Below are positions 54,169 to 63,639 of a stretch of DNA of 64,000 nt, piece by piece. Location of the stretch: IMG/VR virus record IMGVR_UViG_3300036793_000172, positions 1 to 64,000 of that record; one strand, 5' to 3'. Each line of letters begins with the position of its first letter. Within the stretch, counting starts at the first letter, position 1. The notes under the pieces are model-generated. The model saw nothing but the letters and a program-made list of their open reading frames with translations. It ran no database searches and had not been told where the DNA came from. Both the position numbers and the translations under genes were made by a program. Source of the stretch: a virus (lineage: Duplodnaviria; Caudoviricetes).

Positions 54169-56348
54169 GCGGTCTCCTCGTCCCATTCGGCCTTCCACTG
54201 CTCGTCGCGGGGCACGTGGACGTGACGGCGCATCCCGGCGTGCTTCGGACCGCCGAAGCGGCCGGTCGGCCGGTAGTCCTCCGGTCGCTTCTCCTCCGAG
54301 TTGTCCGGCGGCGTGAAGTGCTCGGCCGTCGCCTCACGGATCTGGCCGTAGGCGTAGCGGAAACCGGCGGTCTTGCGGGAGGCCGGTTTCGGCATGGTGG
54401 CGCGCTGCTCGTCGGACTCGGCCGGTCGCTGATCGCCGGGGTTCTGCCCTTGCGGCGGAGGCATGAGGATCACCTGTCCTTGTCCGGTCGCCTGGTCGGT
54501 CGGGGTACCACCCTCGGTGTCCTGGTCGGTGTTGGCCAGGTCGTCCGGTGTCGGCGCGAGCGCGGGGTTGTCCGGCGGCACGGCACCGAGGGCCGGGATG
54601 GCCGCGTCCTGCCCGGCCATCTCCTCGCTCTGCGGCTTCATCGCCTTCGGCTGGAAGTCCTGCTTCAGGTCGTCCGGGATCGGCAGGTTCTGGTCCCGCA
54701 GCGCCAGGTAGGTCTCGCGGCGGGTCTCCTGCTCGGCGATCGCCAGCGCCACCTGCTCGGCCTTGCGGACTTCGAGCATGTCGTCGAAGTCGATGCCGGT
54801 GTTCTCCAGCCGGTTGTGGTACGGGACCGGCACGCCGCTCATGTTGAGCGATTCGAGGAACTGGCGCTCCATCTGCTCGTCGGCGAGGTTCATGGTGGCG
54901 AACTTCAGCTCCGGCACGAGTAGCTTCGGCTGCTCCACGATGCGCTGCTCGCCGGTCTCCTCGTCGACCTCCAGGACCTCTTCCATCTTCACGTATCGCT
55001 TGCCGCCGCGCTCCTCGTAGTCCCAGTGCTCCTGGGCCTCGGCCACAATGGACGCCCGGTCCTGGAAGAAGTCGGAGATCTGGCGCTGGTAGTGGGTCAG
55101 CAGTTGCGTGACGATGTCGCGGTTCAGGGCGTCGGCCGCGTACGTCTCGCCCTGGTCGGCTCCCTGGAGGACGGTGCGGGAAAGACCGAACACCTGGAGG
55201 ATGCGGTCCTCGATGCGCTCGAAGTCGGCCGTCAGGTCGGGCATGTTCTCCCGCCCGAACACGGGCGCCATGTCGGTGGCGAAGTGCGAGGTGAGCACCC
55301 GGAAGTCACCGGCCAGGGCCGCGTCCATCGACTCCTCGAAGTCCAGCAGATCGTCGGGCGTGGGGATCCACGGCGAGTCGGTGCCGAGATCACTTGCCGA
55401 TGCGCCAAGCTTTACGAGGATCAGTGGCGTGTAGAGCCGGTCGGCGATCGCGTCGAGTGCCGAGTTGAGCATCTCCTCCTGAAGGATCGCGCGGAAGCCG
55501 CGCATCAGGATCGGCAGACCGCGCTTGTGGAACGTGTCGCCCTTGAACTTGATCTGCTTCAGCAGCATGTTCGAGACCGGCATGAGGGCGTCCTCGCCCG
55601 CGTACGCGGTCAGCTCGGGGTAGTTCTGGACGAGCGCGTTGTACTCCCACACCGGCTGGCGGTCCTGGAGGACCTTGCGCAGCGTCTCGGGCAGGCGGAT
55701 GAGGAAGCGCGGGTCCTTGAGGAACGGCGACTTCTCCACGTTCACGTCGTCGGGGTTGAGCAGTTCGTCGTCTTCCCAGACGCCAAGGGTTTCGTTGAAC
55801 GAGCCGAGCGGCCACGCCTCGCCGGTGATCCAGTACTCACGGCCGACGTCGATCAGGTAGTTGCGGTAGTCGAGCTGATCGAAGAACAGGTCCTCGTAGA
55901 AGCCCTTGATCTGGTCGTCCTTGCAGTCGACCTCGATGCCCTGCAAGGGGAACTTCGTGAAGATGTCGATGCACGCCGCGACGATCGGGTGCGTCAGGTA
56001 CAGCAGGCGGCAGAACTGCCTGATCTTCCTGAGTTCGTCCTCTTTGGTCACGTCGAACGGCAGGTTGTTCTGCCGCCAGTAGAACATCGGGTCGCGAGGG
56101 CGGCCGGTCGCGAACGACACGTTGGCCGTCTGCGTCCCGGTCGCACCCGAGCCTGCCGCCGTGCGGCGCATCCCGAGGCGCTGCTTGCGCATGCGCGTCA
56201 TGACCTCGGCGCTGTTGTCCTTCGCCGCGTTGCCGATGTTCGGCAAGGACACGCCGGTCTTCGGCATCCTCCTCGCCTCGGACACCGACTGGTTCAGGAT
56301 CAGTCCACCGGCGCGACGCCTGCGGTCGTTGACCTCGAAATCCGCCAC
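54165..56348 (-). CDS. Portal protein (Bxz1-like), 727 aa
   Basis: CRLLYLTHPIVAACIDIF.KFPL.G, GREYW..GEA.P...LLNPD.V and RGLPIL.RGFR...YTPLIL.KLG portal-type motifs. Confidence 0.87.
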   Translation of the reverse strand: MADFEVNDRRRRAGGLILNQSVSEARRMPKTGVSLPNIGNAAKDNSAEVMTRMRKQRLGMRRTAAGSGATGTQTANVSFATGRPRDPMFYWRQNNLPFDVTKEDELRKIRQFCRLLYLTHPIVAACIDIFTKFPLQGIEVDCKDDQIKGFYEDLFFDQLDYRNYLIDVGREYWITGEAWPLGSFNETLGVWEDDELLNPDDVNVEKSPFLKDPRFLIRLPETLRKVLQDRQPVWEYNALVQNYPELTAYAGEDALMPVSNMLLKQIKFKGDTFHKRGLPILMRGFRAILQEEMLNSALDAIADRLYTPLILVKLGASASDLGTDSPWIPTPDDLLDFEESMDAALAGDFRVLTSHFATDMAPVFGRENMPDLTADFERIEDRILQVFGLSRTVLQGADQGETYAADALNRDIVTQLLTHYQRQISDFFQDRASIVAEAQEHWDYEERGGKRYVKMEEVLEVDEETGEQRIVEQPKLLVPELKFATMNLADEQMERQFLESLNMSGVPVPYHNRLENTGIDFDDMLEVRKAEQVALAIAEQETRRETYLALRDQNLPIPDDLKQDFQPKAMKPQSEEMAGQDAAIPALGAVPPDNPALAPTPDDLANTDQDTEGGTPTDQATGQGQVILMPPPQGQNPGDQRPAESDEQRATMPKPASRKTAGFRYAYGQIREATAEHFTPPDNSEEKRPEDYRPTGRFGGPKHAGMRRHVHVPRDEQWKAEWDEETA

Positions 56349-56360
56349 GCCTACTCCCTA

Positions 56361-56543
56361 TTACTCTGTGGCGGGCTCTTCCGCCACCGTTTCGTCGTCG
56401 GCCTTCTTCAGCACTCCCCAGGAGATGAGCTTATCGACGTGGGTCTGATCCCTGGGTGTTTCGTAAGGGATTTCGACCTGCGAGCCGATCTCGTGCCTGC
56501 CTTCGGGGGAAATCCAGTTGTCCGTCACAATAAATTGCGCCAT
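56361..56543 (-). CDS. Small hypothetical protein, 60 aa
   Basis: TGATG overlap with the upstream gene. Ends before the portal SD. Confidence 0.65.
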   Translation of the reverse strand: MAQFIVTDNWISPEGRHEIGSQVEIPYETPRDQTHVDKLISWGVLKKADDETVAEEPATE

Positions 56544-58429
56544 CAGAATCCATTCTCCTCGCGGATCTTCGTCAGGACTGCCTGCGGGTCGCTGGCGTGG
56601 GCAAGCGCGAGATGGCGCACGTACCGGTCCTCGTCGAGCATCGCGCCGGAAACCGTGCGGTACAACAAGGATTTCTTCGCGAACGGGTTGCCGTCGTCGG
56701 AGTCGTCGCCGCCGTCATCCTCGTCGGGTGGGGCCTGCCCTGGCGGCTGCTCCTGGTCGTCCGGAACCCCGTCACCATCCTGATCGGCATTCGGGTCAAC
56801 CGGTTGCCCAGCGGCCGGATCACCCGGATCCTGACCAGGCCACTGTGGACCCATACCCGGCACCTGCACCGGCATACCATTAATGGTTTGCGGGAAGGCA
56901 GGGTATTGCGGCTGAACCTGCACGGTGAAGCAGGCCGAGCAGAATTGGCATTCGATCGTGCCGTCATTGCGCGCCAGCACCTGACCGGATCCGCAGAAGG
57001 GGCAGTGGAACACCACTTCGGCGTCGCCGGAGTCGTGCGCCATGATCACGATGCGCGGCATGCCCTGGGCGATGGCGCGGGCCACCTTGGAGTGTCCGGC
57101 GCCGCTCCAGCCAACCCGGAGGGCGATGCGCTCGTTGTTGCCCAATGTGGAGTGCAGTCCGTCCACATAGCCCTGGTAGAAGTGCTCCGGGTGCGGCGAG
57201 CTGTCGTGGGCACTGTCCATCTCGGACAAGTCCGCGTTGTCAATGTCGGTCGCGTGCTTCTCCCCGAGCAAATGCCCGTGGTGCCACTCCTGCTCTTCCG
57301 GCGGCAGGTCGTCAAAGGACTGACCCCGGGAGTGCTTGATCCAGTCCTGGGAGGTGAGCTTGCGCTCGACCCCGGCGCCGGAGTGCTCTCCCCGGCCGAA
57401 GTAAGCGTCGTGCTCTTCCTGGCCACCGACGATGCCCGGCTGCTCGAACCGGCGCTGCTGTGCGTCCTGGGCGCGGCGGAACTCGTCCCAGTCGGCCGCA
57501 TAGTGCGGGTTGTAGGTGGTGGTGTTCGCGCTGGTGGTGCCGTTCGTGGTGGTGGTGATGTACGTCGGGCAGTACGTGTGGATGTCCGGGGCGTACCACC
57601 GTCCGGCGTTCCAGTGGCCGTTGGCGCTGGCCGTGTGCCGGTACTGGCCGAGGTCGTGCGCCATCTCGTGCATGTGCTGCGGAAGGATGCCGATCTTCTG
57701 GTCGCCGAACTCGCCGTTCAGGTGCAGGAACGCGTTCTGCCCCCGGGTCTCGCTGGTCATCGCCGGGCGCGCGTGCGGGGAGAACATCTTCGAGTGCGCC
57801 GCGAAGGCCGCCTCCTCGCCGTGGGCGTCGAAGCCACGGCCGGTGGCAGCGTGGCCGAACGCGTCGTGCACCGCGCGGAACTTGTCGTTGTCGTCGTCGG
57901 AGAAGAACGGGTGGCTGCCGGTGCTAGCGGTCTTCAGCACCTTGATGCGCTTGTTGTCGCGCAGATCCGACACCATCTCGTGGACGTTCTTGTACGGGTC
58001 GTAGTCCACCGGGTGGACCTTGATTCCCATGCGGTTCGTCAAGTGATCGTACTGCTGGTTGACTTCGTCGCCCATGCGGTGGAAAGCAGGCACGGCCTTG
58101 TCATCCCAGTCGGGCAGCTTCTGGTACGCCCGGCCGATCGTCTTCAGGTCGTGGGCGTTGGTGCGCACGTCGGCGTAGCTGTGGTCGTGCGGGTCGCCCA
58201 GGCCGACGTTGCGGTTGTAGGCGCGGGCACCCTCGATGATGTTGTGCACGCCCTCGAAGGGCGCGTTGTGCACGTGGTGGTCCTCGCGCCCGACAGCCTC
58301 GGCACGTTCGTCCTGAATGTGCTGGGGAAGGATGAGCGCACCGTGGTGCACGGGCAGACGGCGGCCGTTCGAGGTGTGGTACACCCCGAACTTCTGCTTC
58401 TGCCACAACTCGTGCGGGTGGTTCTCCAC
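56543..58429 (-). CDS. Modular head-region protein: zincin-like domain, Zn ribbon and acidic tail, 628 aa
   Basis: FRAVHDAFGH...GEEAAF..H...ETRGQN, CPFC...CQFC and DQDGDGVPDD...NPFAKK motifs. Confidence 0.75.
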   Translation of the reverse strand: MENHPHELWQKQKFGVYHTSNGRRLPVHHGALILPQHIQDERAEAVGREDHHVHNAPFEGVHNIIEGARAYNRNVGLGDPHDHSYADVRTNAHDLKTIGRAYQKLPDWDDKAVPAFHRMGDEVNQQYDHLTNRMGIKVHPVDYDPYKNVHEMVSDLRDNKRIKVLKTASTGSHPFFSDDDNDKFRAVHDAFGHAATGRGFDAHGEEAAFAAHSKMFSPHARPAMTSETRGQNAFLHLNGEFGDQKIGILPQHMHEMAHDLGQYRHTASANGHWNAGRWYAPDIHTYCPTYITTTTNGTTSANTTTYNPHYAADWDEFRRAQDAQQRRFEQPGIVGGQEEHDAYFGRGEHSGAGVERKLTSQDWIKHSRGQSFDDLPPEEQEWHHGHLLGEKHATDIDNADLSEMDSAHDSSPHPEHFYQGYVDGLHSTLGNNERIALRVGWSGAGHSKVARAIAQGMPRIVIMAHDSGDAEVVFHCPFCGSGQVLARNDGTIECQFCSACFTVQVQPQYPAFPQTINGMPVQVPGMGPQWPGQDPGDPAAGQPVDPNADQDGDGVPDDQEQPPGQAPPDEDDGGDDSDDGNPFAKKSLLYRTVSGAMLDEDRYVRHLALAHASDPQAVLTKIREENGF

Positions 58430-58485
58430 TTGCTACTCTCCCAGCGGCTCGGTCATCGCCATTTCACGGTGGTGGTGATCTTCCC

Positions 58486-58526
58486 GGCCGTCCCCGGAAG
58501 ATGTCGTCCAGCTTCCCGGGACGGCC
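58486..58526 (-). terminator. Stem-loop, probable terminator
   Basis: 15-bp inverted repeat with one mismatch (GGCCGTCCCCGGAAG / CTTCCCGGGACGGCC), just after the 58531 stop. Confidence 0.65.
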
Positions 58527-58530
58527 ACCC

Positions 58531-59031
58531 TTATTCCTCGTCCTCCGGCCCGTACACGTCGTGCAGGAGCACGCGTGAGGCCAGCGTCACCAGCTCACTC
58601 GCCTCGTCCTCATCGAGCTGACCGAGCACCTCGCGCAGGGACGACTCCTGGCGGATGCGTTCCTCCACGAAGGACTGGGCCTCTTCGGCGATCGCCTGGA
58701 AGTTGGCGGTGTAGCCCGAACTGGCCAGCATGGTCAGCACGCCCAGGCTGCCGTCGGTGTCGTAGGCCTGGCGGGCGCTCGTGTGCGGGACGGGCCCGAC
58801 TTCGAGTGAGTCCTCCAAGCCGTCCTGGACAGCCGCGTATTTCTTGCTTGCTGGCAAGACTTCCGCGCCCAGACTCTGGATCGTCACCTCACCTCGGCGA
58901 CTGCCGTCCAGCCACTGCACGTGCCCGGTGTTGGTGCTCGCGAAGGCGAGCAGGCGGCCGTGATCGCCGAGGGAAAGGCCCTGATGGCCGCCGCCGACGT
59001 AACTCACGGCCTGGCCCTCGTAGAAATTCAC
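58531..59031 (-). CDS. Hypothetical protein, 166 aa
   Basis: The GTG start overlaps the upstream TAG. SD GGAGG. Confidence 0.7.
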   Translation of the reverse strand: MNFYEGQAVSYVGGGHQGLSLGDHGRLLAFASTNTGHVQWLDGSRRGEVTIQSLGAEVLPASKKYAAVQDGLEDSLEVGPVPHTSARQAYDTDGSLGVLTMLASSGYTANFQAIAEEAQSFVEERIRQESSLREVLGQLDEDEASELVTLASRVLLHDVYGPEDEE

Positions 59032-59858
59032 TATGCCTCCGGGTACCTGCGCACGGTGTTCCGGGCCAGGGCCACGACTTCGCGTGGTGTGAGGCCCGGA
59101 TTCTGCTGAGCCACCGAGGTGGCCACACTGACAAGACGACCGGCCCGGGTGGTGCGGCTGGCCGACTTGTAGCTGCGCTTGTTCGGCCTGAAGCCGGTGG
59201 GCGGGTGGTACGGGTCGATCTCCGGGTGCCGGTCGATGTCGGCCAGTGGGCCGCAGCTCGGGCAGTTCCACCAGCCGTTGCCGTTGGCCGCCACTACCAG
59301 GTTGGTGTCCTGGGTGCGGCACCGGAAGTTCGGGCAGGCGGCTCCGCGCAGCACGAGCGGGTTCGAGGCCTGCTTACTGCCGATGAACGGGACCTTCGTC
59401 TGCGTGGACGGGTAGTTGTGCCGCGCCACGGCGGGCGGGTCCACGTCGGTAGTGGGCGTCATGAAGCCGGTGCCGCCGCACTCGCGGCACTTGGTCTTGT
59501 CCTGAAGGTCGTAACCGGAACCGTGGCACACGGGGCAACGCTTCGGGCCCATGTGCGGGTCGTCGGAGTTCGCCATCGGATTCACGCCCGGCATCGGTCC
59601 CTTGTAGACATCCCACCCGGGGATCTCCGAGCCGACGGGGCCGGGGTCGGTGTACGCCTGCTTCGTCATGAAGTCGACGAACTCCGGCTCAGGCTGGGCC
59701 AGCGCGGCGGACACCTGGAAGATGCGCTGCTGCTGGGCCTTGTCGCCCGGGTCGAACAGGTCGATGTCCTGGGATCCGCAGTCGCAGCGGAGACCGGCGG
59801 TTACCCTCTCGACCGCGCCGTGTCCGGCGCAGGACCAGCAGAAGAGGTCGGTCGTCAT
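59031..59858 (-). CDS. Multi-Zn-ribbon protein (DnaJ-like CxxCxGxG motifs), 275 aa
   Basis: CWSC..C.C, CPVCHGSG...CRECGGTG and CPNFRC...CPSC motifs. Confidence 0.75.
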   Translation of the reverse strand: MTTDLFCWSCAGHGAVERVTAGLRCDCGSQDIDLFDPGDKAQQQRIFQVSAALAQPEPEFVDFMTKQAYTDPGPVGSEIPGWDVYKGPMPGVNPMANSDDPHMGPKRCPVCHGSGYDLQDKTKCRECGGTGFMTPTTDVDPPAVARHNYPSTQTKVPFIGSKQASNPLVLRGAACPNFRCRTQDTNLVVAANGNGWWNCPSCGPLADIDRHPEIDPYHPPTGFRPNKRSYKSASRTTRAGRLVSVATSVAQQNPGLTPREVVALARNTVRRYPEA

Positions 59859-61828
59859 CAGTCTTCGTCCTCCTCATCCTGCTGCTGTGGGCGGAGACCG
59901 CCACCGTCGGAAGTGGTTTGCCGGATCGGCTCTTGCGCCCGTTGCGGCGTGTTCACGTTGCGGTCTTCCATGCGCTGGCGGGGCGCCTGGTTGATCTGGC
60001 CCTCCCACGTGCGCTCGTTGAACTCGTCGCCGACGCCGGTCGGGTTGAACATGTCGGGCCGGTCGCGGGTCTGCTCGGCGACCCGGTACACGCCCTGGAA
60101 CGGGTTCGGCGCTGCCATGCCCGCACCCATCCCCGCTCCTGCGCCTCCGCCACCGGCGGGGCTGTTCGGGAAGGGGCTCGACGACACCGACGGGTTGGGG
60201 ATCGTCATCGGCTGCATGGGCGGCATGGCTTCCGCGCCGGGGCCGCCCTGCTGCATCGACGGCGGGGGAGTCGGCGTGCTGCTGCCGCCGGTCGAGTCGC
60301 CCGGGTTCGGACCCGTATCCGTCGAGGATGCGTCCGCGTAATGGGCGGCTGCCTCACGGTCGCCGAACGACGAGTGCTTCGACATCTCCATCGCGCGGAA
60401 GGACGCCTTCGCCTTTTCCTCGGAGTCGTGGTGCGAAAGGACCTTGCCGGTGCCCTTCTGCGTGACCACCCAGCCCTCGCCGTCGGGATTCGGCTTCACG
60501 TACTGATAGTCGGCCGTCTTGGCCGCGTAGTAGCCGGGCCCGAAGGGGTTGGTCGTCTGGCGCTTCGGCTTGGCCGAGCCAGGAGGGGCCGGTGCGGGTG
60601 CGCGGCGCAAGTTCTCCGGCGCGATGTAGGTGTGACCCACCTCGGAGTCCCGGTGCTTCACGCCCACCCAGATGTCGCCATTCGCGTCGTCACCGGGCTC
60701 GGTGACGTGATCGACCTTGCCGACATACCCGGCGGGCACGTCAATGCCCATGTCCGGGTCATGGTGGTCGTGGAGAACCTTGACGTATTCGCCCTTCTGC
60801 AAGGGCTTGCGCGCACCGGAGTAGTGCAGCCGCTGCATCCGCTCCTGCACCCACGGGTGGTCGCCCGGCAGGCGCGGATGGTGGTCCTGGTCTCCTTCGA
60901 GGTGCTTCCACTCGTTCCCGTGCCGGTACACGGGCCGGTTGCAGTCGTAGCAGGCGCCGACGTTCGACCGCTTCCGGTCGGCCACCTCGTTGGGGTCGGG
61001 GGTGGTGACGTAGCCGCCGCGCGCTTCCTTGGTGTTCAGGCCGTTCTCGTTCGAGTACGAATGCCCGTCGCCCTCGGTGCCGGTCGACTGCACCGGCGGC
61101 ACCGCGCCGAAGTAGTCGACGCGCTCGTTCGCCTCGGGCAGGGAGACATCCGCCGGGAAGCCCGCCTGCTGGTCTCCAGCGGCGCCTTCCTCACCCCCGG
61201 CGAAGTAGAAAGGGTTCGGACCGGTTCCGGTCTGCACTCCTTCGTCCTCGTAGCCGACGGCGGCGCTCTTGGTGTTGCCCGGGTTCTGGTACGGGCCGAA
61301 GTTCATCGGCCGGTTCACCCAGAAGTCGGGCTGCTCCTGCCACTGCGACGGCTGCATGGGGAACTCGCCCTGCATCGGGTTCACCGGGTCGCCGCCGGTC
61401 GGGTGCTGCGGGTAGGTGCCCGTCTGGCCCGTCTCCGGCCCCTGCTCCTGCTCACCGCTCGGGTAGTAGGGATTGCCGGGTGTCTCGTCGGCCGCCGACT
61501 GGACGGTGATCCACTGGCCCGAGGCCTCGTGGAAGAACTGCATCGGCTCGGCGGCGGCTTCGGCTGCCTCGGCCGCAGCGCGGGCTTCGGCGTAGATCCC
61601 GTAGTCCTCACGGAAGGACGAGACGACTTCGTCACGCAGGATCTCGTGGGCGACCCGGGCCTCGATCTGGTCCATGGTCAACGCGAGACGGTGTTCGAAC
61701 TCCCGCTCGGTCTGCGCCAGGGCGAGGAACGGCCAGAGGTTCGCCGTGGCCATCTTGGCGACGCCGAGGTCCAGCGCGTGGTGCTCCTCCTCGGCGTCCC
61801 GCGAGGCTTCCAGCCAGAGACTTGTCAT
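59858..61828 (-). CDS. Modular P/Q/G-rich head-region protein, 656 aa
   Basis: Helical N-domain, an SH3-like module, a GKVLSHH..EEKA..S.RAM module and low-complexity linkers. SD GAAGG. Confidence 0.75.
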   Translation of the reverse strand: MTSLWLEASRDAEEEHHALDLGVAKMATANLWPFLALAQTEREFEHRLALTMDQIEARVAHEILRDEVVSSFREDYGIYAEARAAAEAAEAAAEPMQFFHEASGQWITVQSAADETPGNPYYPSGEQEQGPETGQTGTYPQHPTGGDPVNPMQGEFPMQPSQWQEQPDFWVNRPMNFGPYQNPGNTKSAAVGYEDEGVQTGTGPNPFYFAGGEEGAAGDQQAGFPADVSLPEANERVDYFGAVPPVQSTGTEGDGHSYSNENGLNTKEARGGYVTTPDPNEVADRKRSNVGACYDCNRPVYRHGNEWKHLEGDQDHHPRLPGDHPWVQERMQRLHYSGARKPLQKGEYVKVLHDHHDPDMGIDVPAGYVGKVDHVTEPGDDANGDIWVGVKHRDSEVGHTYIAPENLRRAPAPAPPGSAKPKRQTTNPFGPGYYAAKTADYQYVKPNPDGEGWVVTQKGTGKVLSHHDSEEKAKASFRAMEMSKHSSFGDREAAAHYADASSTDTGPNPGDSTGGSSTPTPPPSMQQGGPGAEAMPPMQPMTIPNPSVSSSPFPNSPAGGGGAGAGMGAGMAAPNPFQGVYRVAEQTRDRPDMFNPTGVGDEFNERTWEGQINQAPRQRMEDRNVNTPQRAQEPIRQTTSDGGGLRPQQQDEEDED

Positions 61829-61843
61829 TGCGTCCTTCTTCGC

Positions 61844-62158
61844 TTACGGGTTGCGGAGGGTGGTCTTGTCCTCGTCCGGGCCCTCGACGTGGGGTACCGG
61901 CTGACGACGGTGGTCGGATCGGTCCTGCGGGTCCTTCCACAGCGGGTCGGACGTGACCGGGTCTCCGAAGGGCTCAGAGCCGTTGTAAGGCGCTGGGCCG
62001 CCGGGGGTGGCTGGATCCATGCCATCGGTGCTGGGGGGCAGCGCAGGAGGCGTTGGGCGGCCATCAGGGCTGCCGTCGGCCATGTTGGTCGTGTCCATCG
62101 ACATGTCCGACGACAGGCTGCCCTCGGCGAGGACCTTGAACGCAGCGCGGAAGTCCAT
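61844..62158 (-). CDS. Acidic Pro-rich hypothetical protein, 104 aa
   Basis: SD AAAGGAGG before ATG 62158. Confidence 0.68.
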   Translation of the reverse strand: MDFRAAFKVLAEGSLSSDMSMDTTNMADGSPDGRPTPPALPPSTDGMDPATPGGPAPYNGSEPFGDPVTSDPLWKDPQDRSDHRRQPVPHVEGPDEDKTTLRNP

Positions 62159-62184
62159 CAGGCCCTCCTTTCCCCGACAGTCCC

Positions 62185-63600
62185 TCAGCGACCCTGGGTG
62201 CGCAGGAACGCCTGGCGCTGGGCGATGAACTGCTGCGCCTTCGCGATCTCCGGGTCCACGGCCGACTGCTTGCCGTTCACTGGCGGGTTCGGGAACGCCG
62301 GTCCCGCCGGTGCCTGGGTGCTCTGCTGACGGCCACCCATGTCCATCTGCGCGGGCTGGCCCGGCTGCCACTGGCTCGGGTTGTTGGTCTCGTCGTCGGC
62401 TTCCATCGCGCCGTACGGCTTCACCGCGCGGTCGCCCTGGTCGCCGCCGTAGCCGTAGACCGGGTCAGGCTGGCCCAAGTTCGAGGAGGGCGCGTTGCCG
62501 CCGTCCTGCTGTCCCGGGCCGTAGCCACCGGCGCCCATATCACCGGCCCAGCCGGAGTCGTCGTAACCGGCCATCACGCGGCGGTAGGCGGCCTCGGCGG
62601 CGGCCTTGCGCTGCGACGCCTGCGACGCGAGCGGGCTCTTCGCGTTGCGCTCCTGCACCTGCTGCTCGGTCTCGTTGATCGCCTGCGGGATCAGCTTGGG
62701 GTCCATCACCCACGGGAACGCGACCTCAGCCGGAAGAGGTGTCGGCGCGATCTTGGTGTCGGAAGGGTCGACCACCTGCTGGATCTCCGGCAGGCCCGAG
62801 TACGCCTGCTTCGGGAGCTGCGGGGCCTGACGCACGGCCACCCGACCGTGGCCCCCGCAAGTCGGGCACTGTGCGTGCTGCATGGACGCCGATCCTTTCT
62901 TCTGGTTCGCGTCGCCGTTGTCGGCGTCGGCGGTGGAGTTGGTCACGCCGAGACCCGGGTCGTTCTCCGGCGTCACGTCAGAAGCACCCGACGACGGCGC
63001 GCCATCCAGCTCTTGCAGCTGTGGTGCGCGCTCGGAGGTCGTGGCGGTTTCGGGGAGGGCGTTCTCGTAGTTGCCGGTGGGGAACACGTCGAACGTGCCG
63101 CCCCCGGCTTCCGGCAGGGCGTCGGCGACCTTGATGGTGCCGGACTTCACCTCACGGGCGTGCAGAGCGGCCACGTGGGAGAAGAACAGGTCCTCGGCGA
63201 CATCGGCGTCCTCGCCGAACTTGCCGGAGATCTTGCGGGCGACACCCTTGGCCTGCTCGGTGAACTCGGCCGGGTGTTCCTTGACGAGTGACGCGGTTTT
63301 CCCGTACCAGAGGGAAGCCTGGGCGAGGATCTCGTGCTCGTTGGCGCGCAGGTCCGTGCCGGTGTCGATGTCGCCAAGCCAGTCGGTGGCGGCGGTGTGG
63401 TGCTCGTGCACCCGGACCGGGACAAGGTGATCACGCACGACGGCATCGGCAAGGTCGAGTTCGTTGGCCGCTGCCGCCGTGCGGACGTTCGCCGCGCGGA
63501 TCGCGCTGGCTTCGTTCACCAGACGTGTCGCCTCGGCCAGGGACACGCCAGGCTTTGCCGCCTCGGCCATGAGCCGGTGGGCATCGTGGGATGTGGGCAT
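62185..63600 (-). CDS. Modular head-region hypothetical protein, 471 aa
   Basis: SD CAGGAG before ATG 63600. Helical N-domain, CPTC motif and P/G/Q-rich linkers. Confidence 0.75.
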   Translation of the reverse strand: MPTSHDAHRLMAEAAKPGVSLAEATRLVNEASAIRAANVRTAAAANELDLADAVVRDHLVPVRVHEHHTAATDWLGDIDTGTDLRANEHEILAQASLWYGKTASLVKEHPAEFTEQAKGVARKISGKFGEDADVAEDLFFSHVAALHAREVKSGTIKVADALPEAGGGTFDVFPTGNYENALPETATTSERAPQLQELDGAPSSGASDVTPENDPGLGVTNSTADADNGDANQKKGSASMQHAQCPTCGGHGRVAVRQAPQLPKQAYSGLPEIQQVVDPSDTKIAPTPLPAEVAFPWVMDPKLIPQAINETEQQVQERNAKSPLASQASQRKAAAEAAYRRVMAGYDDSGWAGDMGAGGYGPGQQDGGNAPSSNLGQPDPVYGYGGDQGDRAVKPYGAMEADDETNNPSQWQPGQPAQMDMGGRQQSTQAPAGPAFPNPPVNGKQSAVDPEIAKAQQFIAQRQAFLRTQGR

Positions 63601-63639
63601 CGCTGCGGTCTCCTGAACTGTTGGCGTCCGCTCTCTATC

